From Candidatus Krumholzibacteriia bacterium (GTDB lineage Bacteria > Krumholzibacteriota > Krumholzibacteriia > WVZY01): DNA of 64,000 bases. The notes below the pieces were generated by a model. The model did not search any database. It was not told the origin of the DNA and was given only the letters and a program-made list of their open reading frames with translations. Where the stretch lies: NCBI GenBank assembly GCA_046754105.1, contig JBHHVD010000002.1, forward strand, positions 7,551 through 71,550, read 5' to 3'. The position numbers and the translations under genes were made by a program. Position 1 is the stretch's first letter. Every line of letters begins with the position of its first letter. This document shows positions 9,354 through 16,798 of the stretch, one piece after another.

Positions 9354-9418
9354 CGGTGTTCCCGTTTGCTCAGCATGTGGTTGCGCGCAACCGGGAACAC
9401 CGCCCTTCTCTCTCTCCC
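9354..9418 (+). terminator. Strong hairpin followed by a pyrimidine tract (terminator/attenuator-like)
   Basis: CGGTGTTCCCGtTTGC (9354-9369) pairs with GCAAcCGGGAACACCG (9387-9402), 15/16 bp; followed by CCCTTCTCTCTCTCCC rather than a clean U-tract. Confidence 0.55.
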
Positions 9419-9612
9419 GATCCCCAGCGATCACGGGAACCTCCTTTAAGTTAGCCCCATATCCAATTACCACACAAAGCGTTACGACATCGACGTGGCC
9501 CCGGGAGCCGTACGGCGCGCCCCCACGGGGCGTCCAGAAACCACTTTAGGTGACCCGGTTAATACCCTGTCAACGGTCCATATGTCGTCGGGGCAATTTT
9601 TTCGTTTGCGGG

Positions 9613-9642
9613 TTGACAATTTTGAAGGGGTCCGTCTATACT
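9613..9642 (+). promoter_or_regulatory. Near-consensus sigma70 promoter
   Basis: TTGACA (9613-9618), 18-nt spacer, TATACT (9637-9642). Confidence 0.75.
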
Positions 9643-9648
9643 AAGAGC

Positions 9649-9783
9649 AACGAGAGTATCCCATTCCTTCGCGTGAGCCCTCTGCTCTCAAGCTAGATTG
9701 CTTAAGCGAAGCGGTTGCCGCATGGGCCTCTGACGGGCATTCGCAACACGGTTGGAAAGGGCTTCTGCTCTCGTTATTTTTTT
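9649..9783 (+). ncRNA. Candidate structured small RNA (~135 nt), family not recognised
   Basis: Begins ~7 nt after the -10 box; 5' AACGAGAGUA pairs with 3' UGCUCUCGUU, followed by a T7 run; internal stems GAGCCCU/AGGGCUU and GCGAA/UUCGC; no credible ORF. Confidence 0.6.
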
Positions 9784-9841
9784 GTGCCCGCGTTTCTGGT
9801 GGCACCCGCCACCGCGAGTTTTCCACAAATGAATAGTCTTG

Positions 9842-11230
9842 TTATCGACCCATCCGTGCGGCGAGTCTTTCGCTGTGGCGGTGGGCGTTGTCGATGCAAT
9901 CCACGACCGAAATCCCCGCCCGGTAATTTCCGGTGACAAAGAGGCCCGGCACTCGCGTCTCGAGGTCCTCGATGGCCTGGACGATGCCACGGTGACCGAG
10001 GTTGTACTGCGGGATCGCCCGCGGCCATCGCTTGACAACGGTGATATCGGGTTGTGTGTCGATACCCATCAGGTCTTGGAGTTCGTCGCGGACGAGTGTA
10101 ACGAGCTGGTCGTATGACAACGACGCGGCGTGGGGTGAACGGCCTCCACCCACGTACGTGGTGAGCGCGGCGCCCGCCCGCGGAGCCCTCCCGGCAAATA
10201 CCGCCGAGTTCCACAGCGTTCCGAGGATTCCACGGCGTTCTTTTGCCGGCACGAGAAAGCCGAACCCGTTGAGCCCGTTCGGCACCGGATCGCGGTGATA
10301 CCCAAAGAAGACGACCGTCACCGGGGGGTACGGAACGCGTTTGAGCACATCGTGGACCGGTGGGTCGAAATCGAGGTGGACGCCGTCGTAGGCGTACGCG
10401 GGGATGGTGAGAACGACGGCCCGGCACCGGAGCGTGCGTTCGCCTCCACGCGACTGCAGGTGGAGCGCGAAGTCTTCGCCTTCCTTGCGTACCGATCGCA
10501 CCCGCGTGCCGGTTGCGATCGCCTCGTGCAAACGCCCGGCCAGGGCGTCGATGAGGGTTTGCATGCCGCCCTTGAAAGAGAGCATTCCACCCCCGGCGGC
10601 CGGTCCCCCGTGACGCTGCCGCCGCTGCCGCCGACCCAACACCGCACCGCTGATGAGACTGCCGTAGCGCTGTTCCAGTTCGTAGAGTTTCGGAAAGGCC
10701 GCTCGCACGCTGAGGTCCTGGGCGACCCCCGCGTACACGCCCGCCACGAAGGGGTCGATGGCGTAGTCGAGCATCTCCTGCCCCAGGCGTCGTTTGACGA
10801 AGCCCGCAAGCGATTCATCGCGATCGGGGTCGCCGCGTTTGACAAAGGGCTCGAGCAGAACTCGAAGTTTGGAACGCAGCGAGAAGAGGTCCGTCCGTAG
10901 CGCCGAAACGGGGCCGAGTGGTAGTTGCCGGAGGCGACCGCCGCGAACGATGTAACGCCGCTTCGCCCCGGGCCTGGCGTATTCCAGCGATTGCGAGATC
11001 CCGAGCTCGCCGAGCAGCTCATCCACCGCAGCCGTGGTCTTCAACGCGCTGGTGGGCCCGTGCTCGAAAAGAAATTCGTCGACGCGCTCCGAGTGGATGA
11101 CGCCGCCGGGCTTGTCGTTCGCCTCGACCACCGCGGCGTCCACACCCCGTTGTCTCAGAAAGTGTGCGAGGCACAGACCCGTGATCCCGGCCCCGACGAT
11201 GCCCACCTCGATACGGCCTGGAGCGTTCAT
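9842..11230 (-). CDS. hemY: Protoporphyrinogen/coproporphyrinogen oxidase, HemY-type FAD-dependent
   Basis: IVGAGITGL dinucleotide motif, FEHGP, GFGFLVP, WPRAIPQY; hem operon context. Confidence 0.93.
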   Translation of the reverse strand: MNAPGRIEVGIVGAGITGLCLAHFLRQRGVDAAVVEANDKPGGVIHSERVDEFLFEHGPTSALKTTAAVDELLGELGISQSLEYARPGAKRRYIVRGGRLRQLPLGPVSALRTDLFSLRSKLRVLLEPFVKRGDPDRDESLAGFVKRRLGQEMLDYAIDPFVAGVYAGVAQDLSVRAAFPKLYELEQRYGSLISGAVLGRRQRRQRHGGPAAGGGMLSFKGGMQTLIDALAGRLHEAIATGTRVRSVRKEGEDFALHLQSRGGERTLRCRAVVLTIPAYAYDGVHLDFDPPVHDVLKRVPYPPVTVVFFGYHRDPVPNGLNGFGFLVPAKERRGILGTLWNSAVFAGRAPRAGAALTTYVGGGRSPHAASLSYDQLVTLVRDELQDLMGIDTQPDITVVKRWPRAIPQYNLGHRGIVQAIEDLETRVPGLFVTGNYRAGISVVDCIDNAHRHSERLAARMGR

Positions 11231-11249
11231 ACGTACGCGCCTCCGGCGG

Positions 11250-12338
11250 CTAGTATCCCGCCAATAGTCCTTCGTCGAGCAGCTGGGGCTCGTCCTGGCG
11301 GCACCAGCCCGAGAGGGTGTCCACCCACCGCGGATGGTCGTTGAGGCACGGGATCATCTCGAATTGCCGGCCGCCGGCCGAGAGAAACGCTTCCCTGCCG
11401 GCGATGGCGATCTCTTCGAGCGTCTCCAGGCAGTCGGTGACGAAGGCCGGGCAGATGACTTTCAAGTGCCGGACACCACACCGTGCCAGGCGCAGCAGCT
11501 CTTCTGACGTCGCTGGTTTGAGCCACGGGTCTCTCCCGAGCCGGGATTGAAACGACACCGAGTACTTCCCGCGCGGGATCTGAGCTCGTTGAGCGAGGAG
11601 CTCGGTGGTCCTCAGCACCTGGTGCCGGTAACACGTGCGATGCGCCGGCGATCTGCGCTCGCAGCACTGCGCTTCCCGCAGGCAGTGGCTACCGGTGGGA
11701 TCGCTCTTGCGAAGATGCCGCTCCGGCAAACCGTGGTAACTGAACAGCAGGTGATCCATGTCATCTTCGATCCGCTCGCGCGCGCTCATCCACAACGCGT
11801 CGATGTAATCCGGGTGCTCGTAGAACGGTGCCATCACGTTCAGTTTAATCGGCCTTCGCGTCTTGTCGACCGCCTTTTTCACCTCGACCACCGAGCTCTC
11901 GTAACTGGACATGGCGTAGTGCGGATACAGAGGGACCATGAGGATCTCTCCGGGCATCCGCTCGTTCGCGATACGGTCGACGACGTCCGGGATGGACGGG
12001 TTGCCGTAGCGCATCGCCAGCTCGACCGGCTGTGACAACTTCTCGGACAGGAGTGCCTGCACCCTGCGGCTGGTAGTGATGAGCGGCGAGCCCGCTGGGG
12101 ACCAGATCGACCGGTAGGCGGCCGCCGACCGCGCGGGCCTGAAGGGGAGAATCGTGCACGTCACGATGAACTTCCGCAGGGGCCACGGGACGTCGATCAC
12201 CCGGCCGTCCATCAAGAACTGGTGAAGGTATCGACGAAGGTCGCGTGGCGTGGGTGCGTCCGGCGAGCCGAGGTTGACCAGCAGCACGCAGCGCGCCGGT
12301 GTCGGTTGCACGGGCTTGCTCGCGGTCGTGCCCATCAA
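11250..12338 (-). CDS. hemH: Ferrochelatase with internal Cys-rich insert
   Basis: LLVNLGSPD, AMRYGNP, PLYPHY, FSYHGLP, FQSRLG..PWL, FVTDCLETLEE. Confidence 0.95.
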   Translation of the reverse strand: MMGTTASKPVQPTPARCVLLVNLGSPDAPTPRDLRRYLHQFLMDGRVIDVPWPLRKFIVTCTILPFRPARSAAAYRSIWSPAGSPLITTSRRVQALLSEKLSQPVELAMRYGNPSIPDVVDRIANERMPGEILMVPLYPHYAMSSYESSVVEVKKAVDKTRRPIKLNVMAPFYEHPDYIDALWMSARERIEDDMDHLLFSYHGLPERHLRKSDPTGSHCLREAQCCERRSPAHRTCYRHQVLRTTELLAQRAQIPRGKYSVSFQSRLGRDPWLKPATSEELLRLARCGVRHLKVICPAFVTDCLETLEEIAIAGREAFLSAGGRQFEMIPCLNDHPRWVDTLSGWCRQDEPQLLDEGLLAGY

Positions 12339-13735
12339 ACGGTTCGGGAATAGATCTGCTGGCCGCCGTCGCTGCCTTCCTGCAGGTAGCGGTCGAATTC
12401 CATGGCGATGTTGCGGATAACCAGGCGGCCGTTCTCGTGGACCTGCAGCCGGTCGGGCAGGCGGGACACCAGTCCGTCATCGACGAACTTGTCGAGCCGG
12501 GCGAGCGAGTCGGCAAAGTAATCGTCGAAGTCGACTCCGTATCGACCCTCGACGTGTGACTTGACGACGCGGCTGTTGCACATCAGTTCCGTGATCACGT
12601 AGCGACGGAGCTGGTCGTCATCGTCGAGCCGGCAGCCGGCAAAGATCGGGAGGTTTCCGTTGCTGATTTCGGTCTTGTATTCCTTGATCGTCTTCCGGTT
12701 CTGCGCGTAGACGTTTCTCAACTGACTGATCGACGACACGCCCATGGCGTAGATCTCCAGTTCGGCGTGCGTACTGTACCCCTGGAAGTTGCGGTGGAGT
12801 GAGTGGTCCTCCAGCGCTGCCGACAACTCGTCGCCCGGCTTGGCGAAATGGTCCATGCCGATATAGACGTACCCGGCACCGGTGAGGCGGTCGATCACCA
12901 TCTTGAGGATACGGAGGCGATCGCTCGCATCCGGCAGCGACCTTTCGGCAAAGACCCGCTGATGCTTCTTCAACCACGGCACGTGGGCGTAGTTAAAGAC
13001 GGCCAGCCGGTCCGGGGAGATATCGACGATCTTATCGACCGTCGACTCGTACGACCGCAGAGTTTGATACGGCAGGCCGTAGATCAAATCGACGTTGACC
13101 GAGTCGAACTCCAATTCGCGGCTCTTCTCCACCACGGCGCGGGTCAGCGCTTCCGGCTGTATGCGGTTGATCGTCTCCTGGACCTTGTCATCGAAATCCT
13201 GCACCCCGTAGCTAACGCGGTTGAAGCCCACCTCGCGGATCACCGGCAGGTGGTCGTCCTCGAGCCGCCGCGGGTCGATTTCGATGCTCACCTCCGCATC
13301 GCCGGCGAAATGGAATCTCTTGCGAATGTGGGCGACGGTCTCCTGTATCTGTACCGGGGTCAGAAACGTAGGCGTACCGCCTCCCCAGTGCATCTGGACG
13401 ACACGCCGATCCGCTCCCATGAGCCCGGCGACGAGATCGATTTCCTTGCGCAGGTGCGATAGATAGTCCGAGATCTGGTTGCGATCGTGGGTGATCGTCA
13501 TGTTGCAGCCGCAGAAGTAACAGAGCGACTGGCAAAACGGAAAGTGAAAATAGAGGGAGAGCCCGGGAAGGTCGCCGCCCCGGTTGGACGCCACGATCTC
13601 TTCCCTGTACTGGTCGGGCCCCAACGCCCCACTGAAATGCGGCGCGGTCGGGTAGCTGGTATACCTCGGCCCCGGGCGGTCGTATTTCTGCAGCAGCTCG
13701 AGGTCAACGCTCATGCCGTGAGTACCATGCGCCAT
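12335..13735 (-). CDS. hemN: Oxygen-independent coproporphyrinogen III oxidase (radical SAM)
   Basis: GPRYTSYPTA, HFPFCQSLCYFCGC, HWGGGTPT, HRNFQGY, C-terminal YSRTV. Confidence 0.97.
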   Translation of the reverse strand: MAHGTHGMSVDLELLQKYDRPGPRYTSYPTAPHFSGALGPDQYREEIVASNRGGDLPGLSLYFHFPFCQSLCYFCGCNMTITHDRNQISDYLSHLRKEIDLVAGLMGADRRVVQMHWGGGTPTFLTPVQIQETVAHIRKRFHFAGDAEVSIEIDPRRLEDDHLPVIREVGFNRVSYGVQDFDDKVQETINRIQPEALTRAVVEKSRELEFDSVNVDLIYGLPYQTLRSYESTVDKIVDISPDRLAVFNYAHVPWLKKHQRVFAERSLPDASDRLRILKMVIDRLTGAGYVYIGMDHFAKPGDELSAALEDHSLHRNFQGYSTHAELEIYAMGVSSISQLRNVYAQNRKTIKEYKTEISNGNLPIFAGCRLDDDDQLRRYVITELMCNSRVVKSHVEGRYGVDFDDYFADSLARLDKFVDDGLVSRLPDRLQVHENGRLVIRNIAMEFDRYLQEGSDGGQQIYSRTV

Positions 13736-13831
13736 GCGGCTCCTGTTAGTGTATTGTATTTGGTTGCAAGGGATTACGCGATGTAAAATCGCACGCTCGC
13801 GCTCTGATTAGACACGAAACGCGCGAACACT

Positions 13832-14101
13832 TCAATAGGTATATAACGCCCGCCGCGGCCCCCGGGCAAGGCCTATCGACGCGGCGTCGCCGCCCGCGTT
13901 GCCGAAGATATTGTTGCACAAGAGCGTCGGCGCGGCGGTTCCGAGACACCGTATGCCCTCACCGTTGACGTTGCCCGCCCCACTGTAGGGGCCCGCAGCG
14001 ACGAGCACGGTGTCGCCGTCCGCCGCCAGATGGATACCGGCCTGGATGGTTGCGGCGTGGCCGGTCACTGCCCGAGGCTTGGCTGCCCCGGGAGCGCCCA
14101 T
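13832..14101 (-). pseudogene. Remnant of a parallel beta-helix secreted protein gene
   Basis: TIQAGIHLAADGDTVLVAAGPYSG is the typical beta-helix N-cap, joined directly to one coil (GIRC...CNNIFGN); only 89 aa. Confidence 0.55.
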
Positions 14102-14136
14102 AATGGAGCAGATGAAAAGATGCTCGTTATGTGTTG

Positions 14137-14255
14137 TGATATAATCACTTAGACAGCGACAACTTCACGGCACGGTGCCCCCCCGGGGGCCCGCCCACAC
14201 TCGGGCGGGCCTCGGGAACGCCGCCAAACGGCCGTGGCGATTGTGGGATTTTTTT
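14137..14255 (+). ncRNA. Candidate promoter plus ~100-nt structured RNA
   Basis: Extended -10 TGATATAAT (14137-14145); CACGGC/GCCGTG closing stem; GGCCCGCCC/GGGCGGGCC hairpin; T7 run at 14249-14255. Confidence 0.35.
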
Positions 14256-14463
14256 CGTAGCTTCGGTACCCTCAATTACGTCATTTCCCCAGCGATACAC
14301 GGCCGGAGGCGGCAAGGGAGAGATTCACGGGCCACACCTCCCCCGGATGCCTCGTGGCACCCGTGGCACACCGGTTGTGTCGCCATGGCAGCTCGCTGCT
14401 GGAGGTGTACCGCTTCCTTCCGCGACCGCGTACGCATGCTGGCAAAAAGCCAGGGTGGCCCGT

Positions 14464-15069
14464 TCAGAAGCGGTAGCCCACTGTCGCCGTGAAGGTGGGC
14501 ACCACTGCCGTGGCTTCTCCCGGTGCACTGAACACGAAGAAGGTCGGTATCTGAGCGCGGACGTCGAGTTGCTCCGTGAAGCGGTGACCGATACCGAAGT
14601 TCACGATCGTGCCGCCCGAGGTCGCATCTTCCGCCTGCATACTTCCTCCGCCCGGTAGCGCAGTGCCGAGCGAGGTATCGGTCAGGCTGCGTTCTTCCCA
14701 ATCGACGGAGATGGCGCCCACACCGACACCCGCGACGAAGTACGGGCCGGGTTTCTCGAGCGAGTACAGAAAAAGGTAATTGGCGATGGCGCCGACGACG
14801 AAAATGTCCGTCGTCTCGTCGTAGGTGTGAATGCCTTCATTGGTCGATTCGTCAAAACTGCCACCGAAGAAGGCAAGGCTCAGCTCGACGCCGTTGAATC
14901 CCAGCGCTCTCGTGTAGTTGATCTCGGCTCCGAATGCCAGCCCTCCCGATATGTCGGTACCGATACCACCGCGCAGCCCGACCCCGTCCGCCAGTTGGGC
15001 GTACGCGGTGCCCCCTACCGCAAAGACGAGGCACATCACGATCGATCCGCATCGCATCAGCCTTTTCAT
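14464..15069 (-). CDS. Outer-membrane beta-barrel protein (small OmpA/W-like barrel)
   Basis: Signal peptide ending AYA-Q, PYFVAGVGVG strand, terminal VGYRF; GAGAGGAG Shine-Dalgarno. Confidence 0.82.
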   Translation of the reverse strand: MKRLMRCGSIVMCLVFAVGGTAYAQLADGVGLRGGIGTDISGGLAFGAEINYTRALGFNGVELSLAFFGGSFDESTNEGIHTYDETTDIFVVGAIANYLFLYSLEKPGPYFVAGVGVGAISVDWEERSLTDTSLGTALPGGGSMQAEDATSGGTIVNFGIGHRFTEQLDVRAQIPTFFVFSAPGEATAVVPTFTATVGYRF

Positions 15070-15510
15070 ACAAACTCCTCTCTCCCCCGGCCTCGGGGGC
15101 AATGGTGTTGGACGAACCCCTACGGAAGCGACCGGGCCGGAATGGTGTCCATTCGCCAGGCCACGGCAGGGGTGCAGCACAGCCCATTATCCTCGCGCAG
15201 CGTATCAGGGGTGTGAAACGATGTCAAAGGGTACACCGGGCGTACGCGCGCCACAAACAGTAGGACACCGTCAATCGACACTTATCACAGACGAATTAGC
15301 GTCGATGCGTCCAAAACAGGAATCGCGGGGTCAGCGGGCCGGGCACCGGAACGGGGGCACTCCGGCTTTAGACAATCCCCGCCGTCGACCCCCATTCCCG
15401 CGCGCCGGCCCAAACGGTCGTATGCCGGCCTTGACGCATTGAGGTCCGTCCGCCCACGGCAGAACGTCTTTGCCCTCGATCCGCGACCGCTGAAATATTA
15501 TGATCGTCCG

Positions 15511-16677
15511 ATGATAAACCGGCTCCTCAGACGCGAGTTCGTCGCCCGCCTCGTCCTCGTCGCCGTGGGCCTCCTCCTGGCTCCGGTGTCTGGAGAGATC
15601 GCCCTGCGCATCGTATACGCCGACAAGTTCGGAAAACGCCCGTTGTTCTACGTCGCGGATGACACGCTGGGATACAAGCCGAATGCGGACCTCGACCACA
15701 CCTTTTACGGGCGTGATTTCCGCATCACGATGCGAACCGACGCAGAGGGATACCGGCTCGGCAGCCTCGGCGAGGTGGGCTTCGACAAGCGGCTGGTGCT
15801 GTTGTCCGGCGACTCGAACGTATTCGGCTGGGGCGTATCCACAGACGAGACCTGCGCGTCCTTCCTCGACGAATATCTCTCCGAGATATCGCACGGCGGC
15901 ACCCGCGTTGTGAATCTGGGTGTGGGCGGCTATGGTACCTTGCAATACTACGTGCGGCTGGCCCGCTTTCTCGAACGCCATGCAGAGGCCCAAATCCCCG
16001 CGCTGTTCGTCGTCCATGCGCCAAACGACGCCACAGACAACGTAGAAGCAACGGCGTACCACGCGGGGTACCGGCAAACACGCGACAAGGCGCCTCGATC
16101 GAGAAGCTCGTTTCACATGGTCAACTTCGTCGGGTATCTTTTGCGCGCCCGCACACACGCGGATTCGCTACGCGAGTCCCCCGGCAAGCAGGGCGTTATC
16201 GACCCGTATCTCCAGGATATGCTGTTCGGATTCGAGCACTCCCATTCCCGGCGCTTCCCTGCACGCATTCGGGTGGGTCGAAGGTCTTTGGACCTCACGG
16301 GCGTCACCGCCAGGGACTGGGACGTCATCATGACCTACAAGCGCAAGCAGCTGACCCGGATCCAGCGCCAGCTTGCGTTGCTGTCCGTCAACCTGATACA
16401 CGATGCGCTTGCCGGTCGCAATACGACGATCTTTCATGTCATTCTCCCCGTCGCCGAGGACTGGTACGCTCTGGAGTGGTCGCGGATATTGAAACGGGCG
16501 GCGCCCAGCGAGGGCAATCGGGTCGTGCTGCTGGGCCGATACCCCGACGTCGCCTCGTACGAAGGAGAGCTGCGAAACGCCCACAGCGGTGGCCATTTCA
16601 CACCTGCGTTCAACCGTTACTGGGCCGAGAGGCTCGCCGAGGTCCTGCGGGAACACGAGATCGTCGCGGTCCCGTAG
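15511..16677 (+). CDS. Membrane-anchored SGNH/GDSL hydrolase-family protein
   Basis: N-terminal TM with EIALRI; GDSNVFGWG (block I), NLGVGGYGTLQ (II), ND (III), GHF (V). Confidence 0.82.
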   Translation: MINRLLRREFVARLVLVAVGLLLAPVSGEIALRIVYADKFGKRPLFYVADDTLGYKPNADLDHTFYGRDFRITMRTDAEGYRLGSLGEVGFDKRLVLLSGDSNVFGWGVSTDETCASFLDEYLSEISHGGTRVVNLGVGGYGTLQYYVRLARFLERHAEAQIPALFVVHAPNDATDNVEATAYHAGYRQTRDKAPRSRSSFHMVNFVGYLLRARTHADSLRESPGKQGVIDPYLQDMLFGFEHSHSRRFPARIRVGRRSLDLTGVTARDWDVIMTYKRKQLTRIQRQLALLSVNLIHDALAGRNTTIFHVILPVAEDWYALEWSRILKRAAPSEGNRVVLLGRYPDVASYEGELRNAHSGGHFTPAFNRYWAERLAEVLREHEIVAVP

Positions 16678-16798
16678 CCTCCTCTATCGGACGCGCACGA
16701 CCTGGCGCGCAAGCGCGCTTGCGCGTCCCGCGTATGTCACGTGTCATTGATACAGCCCCACGGACGGCGAGGCGCTCTCTACAACAGTGGGCCCCTGC

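Noticed and set aside
14170-14250. GGTGCCC...GGGAA resembling a cobalamin riboswitch
   Set aside because: No conserved B12-box elements (GCCACTG, T-loop arm) and no downstream gene on that strand.
14363-14379. TGGCAC-ACCGG-TTGT sigma54-like motif
   Set aside because: The -12 GC is missing and there is no downstream gene on that strand.
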